DNA of 32,000 nt, taken from NCBI RefSeq assembly GCF_000146505.1, contig NC_017448.1:2130001-2162000 (forward strand). Direction: 5' to 3'. Within the stretch, counting starts at the first letter, position 1; the number at the start of each line of letters is the position of its first letter. A model generated the notes under the pieces. It searched no databases and was not told where the DNA came from. It worked only from the letters and a program-made list of their open reading frames with translations. Made by a program: the position numbers and the translations under genes. Positions 1-6,526 of this stretch are shown piece after piece. This DNA is from Fibrobacter succinogenes subsp. succinogenes S85 (GTDB taxonomy: Bacteria > Fibrobacterota > Fibrobacteria > Fibrobacterales > Fibrobacteraceae).

Positions 1-11
1 ATCGCCACTTT

Positions 12-557
12 TCAAATTATTTGTTTGGAAAATATCGGAAAATGGACAGTTGGACTACGGAGAATTCTTTTCCTGGACCAACCGGTCGCGAACCTCGGTG
101 ATGACCTTTCCAAGGAGATTGCGCCCCTCCAATTTGCAGGGTCGTCGATGTTCGGATTGGTCACGGACAACCCGATACCCCAAATTCTATCACGGGGCGA
201 AGCTTCGACAAACGCGTGCCCGTCGAACTCAGGATCAAGAAGGCGGTTCTTGCAATCTTCCACCTGGCTGTACTTGGCGTAGTTGATATCAAGCATCACC
301 TGATAACGGACGGAATCCCACTTCTCTTTGTCGAACGGGGTCACCTTGCGGCCCAGCCTCTTAGCCTCTTGCGGTGTGCTTGCGACCAAGATCTTTTCTT
401 CCATCACCTTGTCACCGAACAGCACCGCCTTTTCCCACATGAACGCCTGTTCATTGCAAAAGAAGGTGCGTCCCTTGTATTCGAACGGAGCATTCCAGAA
501 GTTAGAAAGCCATTCATGGTAAAAGAATACGTGTTTGTCTGTAACTTTGATAGGCAT
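12..557 (-). CDS. NADAR (DUF1768, YbiA-like) family protein with an apparently frameshifted 3' end; the restored frame would stop at 55-57
   Basis: ORF 12..605 trimmed to the Met at 557, which follows AAAGGAAAAAAT. NADAR-like motifs are present: FFYHEWLSNFW..PF, NEQAFMWEKA, RIWGIG. The canonical family C-terminus GRNLLGKVITEVRDRLVQEKNSP* is readable only in the neighbouring frame after the C4 run at 124-127. Confidence 0.75.
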   Translation of the reverse strand: MPIKVTDKHVFFYHEWLSNFWNAPFEYKGRTFFCNEQAFMWEKAVLFGDKVMEEKILVASTPQEAKRLGRKVTPFDKEKWDSVRYQVMLDINYAKYSQVEDCKNRLLDPEFDGHAFVEASPRDRIWGIGLSVTNPNIDDPANWRGAISLERSSPRFATGWSRKRILRSPTVHFPIFSKQII

Positions 558-587
558 ATTTTTTCCTTTGCTAATTGTTGCTTCTAT

Positions 588-616
588 ATTATCGGAGCAA
601 GGCAAGGAAATGTAAA
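588..616 (-). promoter_or_regulatory. sigma70-like promoter upstream of the NADAR gene (TTTACA-N17-GATAAT)
   Basis: Minus strand reads TTTACA (616-611), a 17-nt spacer, GATAAT (593-588), then ATAGAAG. It lies about 30 nt upstream of the ATG at 557. Confidence 0.45.
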
Positions 617-655
617 ACAGAGCCCTCTCCAGTTTGCAGGGGCATTAACATACTC

Positions 656-1279
656 CTAATAACCTTTATCTTTATACCACTTTGGCGGATTTTTGCAAAG
701 CGGACAATTATAAAACATATTTTCCATATTCGTTTCACTAGACACGTTCCAATTACTGATGTCACCGTAGAAAGGGGCAGAGATGAACATCCCCATCAAA
801 CCTTTCACATGAGAGACATCCCACTGACTAATATCGCCGTTGAAAACGGACTGTTGAAACATTCCCATCATGCAAATCACATTGGAAACATTCCATTGAC
901 TAATGTCGCCATCGAACTGGGACATCGAAAACATCATCGTCATGTCCGTCACATTGGAGACATTCCACTTGCTAATATCGCCGTTGAACAGGGAGCACGA
1001 AAACATGCACATCATATTCGTCACGTTGGACACATTCCATTTGCTGATATCGCCATTGAAAGAGGTAACATCGAACATATAGCTCATATCCGTCACTTTA
1101 GACACATCCCACTGGCTAATGTCGCCATTGAAATCCGTTCCACGGAACAAGTTCGACATATCTTTCACCTGAGAAACGTCAATAAAATTCAGGTCGCAGT
1201 TCGGTCCTTCTTTTTCAATGGTCTCTTTAATGAGCTGTTTCAGGTGTTCGCGGTCGCGGGCAATAACTTTTTCTGACAT
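656..1279 (-). CDS. DUF285 / BspA-family 26-residue-repeat protein, single module, no signal peptide
   Basis: ORF 656..1450 trimmed to MSEKVIARDREHLKQLIKE at 1279, preceded by AAAAGGAAAAAGT. It has six F(N/D)GDIS.W(D/N)VS.V..M..MF repeats after a conserved head (ARDREHL..LI....GPNCDLNFIDVSQV). Confidence 0.85.
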   Translation of the reverse strand: MSEKVIARDREHLKQLIKETIEKEGPNCDLNFIDVSQVKDMSNLFRGTDFNGDISQWDVSKVTDMSYMFDVTSFNGDISKWNVSNVTNMMCMFSCSLFNGDISKWNVSNVTDMTMMFSMSQFDGDISQWNVSNVICMMGMFQQSVFNGDISQWDVSHVKGLMGMFISAPFYGDISNWNVSSETNMENMFYNCPLCKNPPKWYKDKGY

Positions 1280-1288
1280 ACTTTTTCC

Positions 1289-1311
1289 TTTTGCGTATGA
1301 ACAACGCAAAA
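1289..1311 (-). promoter_or_regulatory. perfect 8-bp stem hairpin abutting the RBS of the 656..1279 gene
   Basis: Minus-strand RNA reads UUUUGCGU-UGUUCAU-ACGCAAAA, followed immediately by GGAAAAAGUAUG. Confidence 0.3.
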
Positions 1312-1413
1312 TCTTCATTATCTTCTTTATATATACATTATTTGGGTAAAAAAATGAATCCCTCAAAAATCCATCCATAAAAGGGAGCTGTAGATACAAT
1401 AAACCCACCCCTA

Positions 1414-1442
1414 TATATCGGTAAAGGAGTGGGATGTGTAAA
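1414..1442 (-). promoter_or_regulatory. sigma70-like promoter (TTTACA-N17-GATATA) for the DUF285 gene 656..1279
   Basis: Minus strand reads TTTACA (1442-1437), the 17-nt spacer CATCCCACTCCTTTACC, then GATATA (1419-1414). It shares an identical 16-mer with the element at 5529-5544. Confidence 0.45.
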
Positions 1443-1475
1443 GGGGGCAATTCCTTGACTAAACACCATTGCTAT

Positions 1476-3338
1476 TTACTGTGCAATATCGAGACTCATC
1501 TCGTTCACATCACAATCTACTTGTATTTTACCCAAAATATCATAATCTAAACATGCTATTCTATCACCGTCACCTTGCTTTTCCAATGCCAAAATCAGCC
1601 CATCAAAATTATAGGGCTTGAAGATTTTTCCAACAAGCAATCTAAAATATTTATCTACAAAAGACTGTTCTGCGGACATTCCATCATGAGCCAATCCGGC
1701 AATAGGCTTTATACGCCAAAATGCATATTTTTCGTTTAACAAATCCGAAAATTTTTCACGGAATAAAGCACGTGCTTCACTTTTAAATTTTTCGCACGAA
1801 ACAGAATTCTTAGATACGTAAGATTTTAAAACAAACATGAAATTGATGTTATACACCTGTAAAAAAAGTGTATCTCTATCAAAAAGCCTGTTTGTAAAAT
1901 GCCGATTACGATTTCTCCATAAATCCTGCGAATCTTTTCTAATCAATTTAGCGTTTTTTCCAGTCGTTTCTGTCCTAAAATACGGTTCTTTATATTGTTC
2001 CTTCTCTTTTTCCTTTTTAAATTCAGGAATCTCGCCACGAATAAAGAAATTGGGAACTACGTTATATCCTTCAGTCAGCGGATCTCTATAACGAACACCT
2101 TTATGAACATCACCAGCATGTATTGCAATATTGTCTCTTTCACTCAAGCATTCTCTCTCAACATAATTGCCAGAGAAAAAATACTGTAGAATGTTCTTGG
2201 CGTATGTATATTGTTTTGCTATAGATTTGGGATCCAAATCATGAGCATCTTTATAATATTTACTATCACCAATACACCATATCAAATCATTCTCAGAATC
2301 CGAAGCAAAAAGGGATTTTTCTTTATACAGATGATCAACAATTTTTCCATCTTTGTTATTTTTCAAAGCCTCAATATCTTTACCTTGATCTCCTATAAGG
2401 TCATCAACCATCGCCTCAAATACATTGTTGAATGAATTGACAATCAAATACTCCTTAACCTTTTTGTCTTTAGACTTATAACGAGCCCCCCACCGAAAGA
2501 AAGCCTCCATGATATTGTAAAGCCTAAGAAGCCGATCATCAAAGTATTTATACTTAATACGATGCAGCTCTCGCAAGCCATGCTCGTTTTCTAAAAGCCG
2601 TTCCATTTCATTCGCCCTGAGCGGCTGATAAAATTCATTTTGAGGCATGTCATATCCAAATGTCTCTTGGATATATTTCATTGCTGAAAAATACAAGACT
2701 AATAAGCGATCATCTAAATCAAACACCTTAACTTTATTCACAGGATTTAGATATATCGGAATATCGTCTTGAATAAATGGAGTTTTCTTATTAACAGTAC
2801 GTTGCCAATTTATTTTATGGTTTCCGCAATGTTTATTTTTGGCAATAAAAACAAAAAGCGATTGATTCTTTTTGTAAAACAACTCCATATTGCTTATGAT
2901 ATCAAGCAACGTGGCGTAACGATCGTTTTCCTTAAAATCTCGAGATTCCTTTTGAACGGGAGTCTTAACTCCAGTATTTCCTCCACCCTGTTTTTTATAC
3001 TTATCTATGGCCGAATAAAGCCAAACAGACAACGAAGCTAAAAAACGACGTTGGTCTTGATTTATAGAATCTTTTTTTTCTATATCGCCGAAAATATCTT
3101 TGCCATCTTTATCAATCTTTTCCCCAAAAGCATTCGTTTCATTTTCAACAAACACCTTAGGCAAAACAAAGACAGGTTGGCTATTGTAAAAACAATAACC
3201 AACTCCTTCTATCTTTATTTCACTGCTATCTTTTTTTGTATTAAAACCGCATTCACTTTGTTTTTTTGATTCGTCAAAGCCAATAACGTTTTGCAAAAAA
3301 CTCGAAGCATATGGAAATTCTTCAAAAAGGAATATCAT
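1476..3338 (-). CDS. LlaJI-R2 / McrC-like PD-(D/E)xK restriction endonuclease subunit
   Basis: 620-aa ORF starting 3 nt after the stop of the McrB-like gene. It contains the nuclease-type motif WCIGDSKYYKD (about 2250-2282, the D-x-K-Y-Y pattern of McrC/LlaJI). Size and position match the partner subunit of McrB-type GTPases. The sequence is very AT-rich. Confidence 0.7.
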   Translation of the reverse strand: MIFLFEEFPYASSFLQNVIGFDESKKQSECGFNTKKDSSEIKIEGVGYCFYNSQPVFVLPKVFVENETNAFGEKIDKDGKDIFGDIEKKDSINQDQRRFLASLSVWLYSAIDKYKKQGGGNTGVKTPVQKESRDFKENDRYATLLDIISNMELFYKKNQSLFVFIAKNKHCGNHKINWQRTVNKKTPFIQDDIPIYLNPVNKVKVFDLDDRLLVLYFSAMKYIQETFGYDMPQNEFYQPLRANEMERLLENEHGLRELHRIKYKYFDDRLLRLYNIMEAFFRWGARYKSKDKKVKEYLIVNSFNNVFEAMVDDLIGDQGKDIEALKNNKDGKIVDHLYKEKSLFASDSENDLIWCIGDSKYYKDAHDLDPKSIAKQYTYAKNILQYFFSGNYVERECLSERDNIAIHAGDVHKGVRYRDPLTEGYNVVPNFFIRGEIPEFKKEKEKEQYKEPYFRTETTGKNAKLIRKDSQDLWRNRNRHFTNRLFDRDTLFLQVYNINFMFVLKSYVSKNSVSCEKFKSEARALFREKFSDLLNEKYAFWRIKPIAGLAHDGMSAEQSFVDKYFRLLVGKIFKPYNFDGLILALEKQGDGDRIACLDYDILGKIQVDCDVNEMSLDIAQ

Positions 3339-3341
3339 GCT

Positions 3342-4976
3342 CTAAACTTGCCCTTCATCACCGCCATCATTATTACCTTCAGCAAGGGCTTCTGCAGCAG
3401 CGGCAGCATTAGGTGCTACTTGAATTGCAGGGCCAATAGAAGGGACTCCTAAGTTTTGCATAATTTTATCTACAAGAGCTTGTTGTGCAGGAACATCTTT
3501 TTCAAAAAGCGTTTGGAAAGTTACTGTTTTAGCATCATCATCAAAATGGAAAACTTTTTTCGCTTCCTCATTTCCATCTTCATCCTTATAAACAGAATCC
3601 CACAAATAGAACAAGACTTTAGAACGGAATTCATCAAACTTAATGGTCCGTCCCCCATCTTTAGGCTTTATGAAAAATTCGCCCATTTGCTTATCTTCGC
3701 TCTTGGTCACCGAATAGACGTTTTCATTAATCTTTGTCAAGAATGTCAGCCAATTATATTTTCGAGGACCTACTTCTATGACAAAATTAGCTTCGCGGTG
3801 ATTATAATTTATTGGTACATAATTCCAATCAAAACGACGCTTAAAAGCACTATCCATCGGGAATAACGATTGGTCGCTCGTGTTCATTGTTGCAAGGATA
3901 TTTAAATTGGGGGGCAACATAATTTTACAATCTTCAAGATGGTACTCTAAAACATATTTATCAAAAACACCCTCGCGGGCATGACTTAGGGAATCCTTAA
4001 TATATTCTGCAAAATCATAATCTGCATCTATAGAATATTCTGAAATGCCATTCGGTGCACGATCTAATAATTGAAAAATATCACCGAAAATTTGAGCACA
4101 ATTACCACGATTAATTTCTTCAATAATAAGATAGACATTATCATCCACCTCATTTTCAACACCATCCGCGGCTTGTTCACGATCAATTTTCGCTTCAAGA
4201 TATTTTACCCATGCCGTAACATAGGCTTTTGCAAATACTTGCGGAACAAACGAATAAGTTATTGAACCATCACCACTTCTTTTCGGCTTGTACGCACCAA
4301 CAAATTGCGCATAATCATAATCAGGATGAAATGTTGTACGAAACTTTCGATCTTCTGGAATTTTTTCCAATCCATACAACTGTTGATTATTATCTACAAA
4401 CAAACCTTTTTCAATTTTATGAGATTTACCTGTACCAGGAGCTCCAAAAAAAATTTTTTGCAAGCATCTCTCGGAGATTTGAGCATTTCCAGCGCCTTCT
4501 CCCTCACCATTAGCATGATTCTCTATTTGATCTGCTTCATTTTCGCGACGCACTGCATTTTGATCAATTGAATCCAATACCAAATTTCCATCCGGATATT
4601 TTCTTACAGAAATTCCATACGGAGCAAAAATGCTATTAAAGACCTCCAAATCCCTATCTGTAGAGCCAACTTGACTCGTCAAATAATAAGTTATCCCATC
4701 CTTATTAAACGTAGGAGTACGAAGCCAACGTTTTATGCGCCCAGAATCTACGTCTTCTATAGTACGCGGAGCAAAAATCGCAAAAACATATCTAGCAAAA
4801 CCACCGTTTATATAGTGAACGCTTTTAAATGGCCGATTTACACCATCTTCTCCCGTAATAGAACTATTTTTTTCATGCATAAACGGCCAAATACATTCAA
4901 ACTGGTCAGTTTCATACATATACTTTATTGCTGCTATCCAAAAATCCTTAACTCTACGACCTCTATAAATCGGCAT
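3342..4976 (-). CDS. McrB-family AAA+ GTPase (LlaJI-R1-like) with an unassigned N-terminal domain
   Basis: ORF 3342..5087 trimmed to MPIYRGRR at 4976, preceded by AGGAGAATGTT. It has Walker A GAPGTGKS (4422-4445), the McrB signature TTFHPDYDYAQFVGAYKP, Walker B/NTPase LIIEEINRGNCAQIFGDIFQLLDR, and NLNILATMNTSDQSLFPMDSAFKRRFDW. Confidence 0.88.
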   Translation of the reverse strand: MPIYRGRRVKDFWIAAIKYMYETDQFECIWPFMHEKNSSITGEDGVNRPFKSVHYINGGFARYVFAIFAPRTIEDVDSGRIKRWLRTPTFNKDGITYYLTSQVGSTDRDLEVFNSIFAPYGISVRKYPDGNLVLDSIDQNAVRRENEADQIENHANGEGEGAGNAQISERCLQKIFFGAPGTGKSHKIEKGLFVDNNQQLYGLEKIPEDRKFRTTFHPDYDYAQFVGAYKPKRSGDGSITYSFVPQVFAKAYVTAWVKYLEAKIDREQAADGVENEVDDNVYLIIEEINRGNCAQIFGDIFQLLDRAPNGISEYSIDADYDFAEYIKDSLSHAREGVFDKYVLEYHLEDCKIMLPPNLNILATMNTSDQSLFPMDSAFKRRFDWNYVPINYNHREANFVIEVGPRKYNWLTFLTKINENVYSVTKSEDKQMGEFFIKPKDGGRTIKFDEFRSKVLFYLWDSVYKDEDGNEEAKKVFHFDDDAKTVTFQTLFEKDVPAQQALVDKIMQNLGVPSIGPAIQVAPNAAAAAEALAEGNNDGGDEGQV

Positions 4977-5056
4977 AACATTCTCCTGTATTATTTTTAG
5001 GCTTAATATACATTTTTCGGGCAGTTTTCTTCTGCGATAACACAATTTTTTGAAAT

Positions 5057-5471
5057 TTAACAAGAGATAGCGGTGCAATTCCACCACGATCTCGGAATTC
5101 TCGCTCCATTCCTAACTTTTTTAAGTTTACCAAAAAAAGACCCATAACGAAAACATGTGGCAACAAGATCTTTAAAATCTGAACATTTCGACAAATAACT
5201 CATTGCAGCTCTTATAAATCCATTCTTCAAGTAGGCTTTTCGATGATGCAGTTCCACCCATTTATCCGAGTTATGATAAAACTCGCTCATTTTATCCGTT
5301 ATTTCAGCTTCTTTGTACAAATCTTAGAAGCATTTCCATGACCAAAATCAGGCAAATTTAAATACTCCGCCAGATATTTTATCGCCAGAAAAAAGACCTG
5401 GCCTTACCACTTTGAATTCCAGGCGTTTCACAAAATGGGACAAATTTTTGTTCAAATGTATTGAAATCCAT
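5057..5471 (-). pseudogene. small ORF of unknown function (about 138 aa if restored) broken across three reading frames
   Basis: Frame A is MDFNTFEQKFVPFCETPGIQSGKARSFF (start 5471 after AAAGGAGAAAAA). It continues plausibly as LAIKYLAEYLNLPDFGHGNASKI in a second frame after the T6 run (5389-5394). It then continues as LYKEAEITDKMSEFYHNSDKWVELHHRKAYLKNGFIRAAMSYL... in a third frame (ORF 5057..5320). Confidence 0.4.
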
Positions 5472-5532
5472 TTTTTCTCCTTTGTTGATTATCTTAAACG
5501 TTTTTGAACCGAATATAAATATTCCATTCCTA

Positions 5533-5561
5533 TATATCGGTAAAACTATGGGGATTGTAAA
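5533..5561 (-). promoter_or_regulatory. sigma70-like promoter (TTTACA-N17-GATATA) ahead of the broken ORF and restriction pair
   Basis: Minus strand reads TTTACA (5561-5556), the 17-nt spacer ATCCCCATAGTTTTACC, then GATATA (5538-5533). It is paralogous to the element at 1414-1442. Confidence 0.45.
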
Positions 5562-5569
5562 AGATCTTA

Positions 5570-5578
5570 CCCCCCCCC
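5570..5578 (-). repeat. G9 homopolymer (C9 on the plus strand) between the sigma-like gene stop and the -35 box
   Basis: Nine consecutive C at 5570-5578. The tract is 8 nt upstream of the -35 hexamer at 5556-5561 and 9 nt downstream of the stop at 5588-5590. Confidence 0.9.
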
Positions 5579-5587
5579 ACGCAAGCA

Positions 5588-6280
5588 TTACGAATAGCGG
5601 TTACCCAAATACAATTTTTGAATACAATTCCGTGCCTCATCTTGAGCGGAGAGGAAATCCGCAAATTCTTTTTCCAGACCATTTTCTTCGGCGATAAAGC
5701 GAATCTTCTTGAAATTTGTATTAATCATCTGACGTGAAATTCCCATAATCTTTGCCATGTCGGTCTGGCTGACATAGCCAAGCTCGTCAAACGTCGCTAC
5801 ATACTTTTTAAAGAATGCTCGAAGCCTTTCATTTCCACTAAGACATTTTTCAATGGAGTTCACGATTTCCGTCATATCATCATCTTGATCTCGGAACTCA
5901 TAACTATCATAATTCTCACAATAAGAGTTCCTCATCGACATCTCGGTATTAAACGACTTCTCATCCTTAAACGCATACTTGTTCTTCATCGCGAAATACG
6001 CAAGAAACGGCACGCTATAATTGGAATCATAAGTTTCGGCAGCCTTAGCCAAGTTAATATAAGAACTGCCTAAACGGTAACTCCAGAGTTTTTCGGAATT
6101 CAAAAAGTCCTCAGAAAAATCCGGACGAATTTTATAATACTGGTTAAGGGTGACTTTCTTGATAAAATCCACATGCCGGATCCACAGTTCCGACAGAGCG
6201 TCAAAATTGCCATTCTGCGTCATGTTCACAAGTTGAACATCGTCAAAATGAGCGTAACTTTCGTTAATTGTATTTACCAT
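5588..6280 (-). CDS. sigma-70-family-like transcription factor (region-2-like N-terminus, region-4-like HTH)
   Basis: ORF 5588..6325 trimmed to MVNTINESY at 6280, preceded by TAAGGAGAAAAAAT. The N-terminal part reads DDVQLV..NGNFDALSELWIRHVDFIKKV ... YDSNYSVPFLAYFAMKNKYAFKD. The C-terminal HTH reads SQTDMAKIMGISRQMINTNFKKIR. The assignment is by pattern only. Confidence 0.5.
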   Translation of the reverse strand: MVNTINESYAHFDDVQLVNMTQNGNFDALSELWIRHVDFIKKVTLNQYYKIRPDFSEDFLNSEKLWSYRLGSSYINLAKAAETYDSNYSVPFLAYFAMKNKYAFKDEKSFNTEMSMRNSYCENYDSYEFRDQDDDMTEIVNSIEKCLSGNERLRAFFKKYVATFDELGYVSQTDMAKIMGISRQMINTNFKKIRFIAEENGLEKEFADFLSAQDEARNCIQKLYLGNRYS

Positions 6281-6314
6281 ATTTTTTCTCCTTATAATTA
6301 AAATCCTCATTTTT

Positions 6315-6334
6315 AAACACGACAAAACGTGTTT
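6315..6334. promoter_or_regulatory. perfect inverted repeat AAACACG-N6-CGTGTTT in the 5' region of the sigma-like gene
   Basis: 7-bp arms at 6315-6321 and 6328-6334. They lie between a TTGACA box (6351-6356, minus strand) and the RBS. Confidence 0.3.
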
Positions 6335-6452
6335 TTCAAAAATCCAAGCATGTCAAAAAACAAATAATTCTCACGGAATTATTTTATACAAAATCACAAA
6401 TACAAAAATTCTATTTCAAATTTTTTATTTATCTACAACAATTTTTATTAAA

Positions 6453-6488
6453 TAAAAAAAAACGCAACCCTTCAAAAACGGGTCGCGT
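6453..6488 (-). terminator. rho-independent terminator after the DUF285 gene 6527..7273
   Basis: Minus strand reads ACGCGACCC-GUUUUUGAA-GGGUUGCGU followed by a U9/U10 run. Confidence 0.7.
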
Positions 6489-6517
6489 AATATAGTAAAT
6501 TTCACGTCATTTGTCAA
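6489..6517 (-). promoter_or_regulatory. promoter-like TTGACA-N17-TATATT directly abutting the terminator 5' arm
   Basis: Minus strand reads TTGACA (6517-6512), the 17-nt spacer AATGACGTGAAATTTAC, then TATATT (6494-6489). The terminator stem starts at the next base. Confidence 0.35.
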
Positions 6518-6526
6518 GGGTCGTCA

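Noticed and set aside
617-655. GCCCCUGCAAACUGGAGAGGGC followed by UCUGUUUU, as a terminator for the DUF285 gene 656..1279.
   Set aside because: The stem is only 4-5 bp with a bulge, and the U-run overlaps the next promoter's -35 box. This is plausible but not supportable.
575-1276. Long His-rich plus-strand ORFs antisense to the DUF285 genes. They include 575..1276, 7840..8418, 7856..8284, 8666..9193, 8881..9411 and 9966..10193. Their repeat reads HIRHVGHIPLANIAIE.
   Set aside because: They are exact mirror images of the 78-bp coding periodicity on the minus strand. They have no RBS or start context. Their repeats simply track the sense repeats, whereas the sense frames carry a recognisable family signature.
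4977-5087. N-terminal extensions of track ORFs. They run to 605 for NADAR, 1450 and 7291 for DUF285 genes, 5087 for McrB-like, 6325 for the sigma-like gene, 16253 for aspartate kinase and 18290 for the PorV-like gene.
   Set aside because: In each case an internal Met is preceded by a purine-rich RBS and coincides with the conserved family N-terminus. The extensions overlap promoter or terminator elements or upstream genes.
1410-5561. Whether the two similar 33-bp elements (1410-1442 and 5529-5561) are att sites or target-site duplications of a mobile island.
   Set aside because: Only about 79 percent of positions are identical by hand alignment. Both elements have complete -35/-10 geometry in front of genes, and no integrase or transposase is present. 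They are better explained as paralogous promoters.
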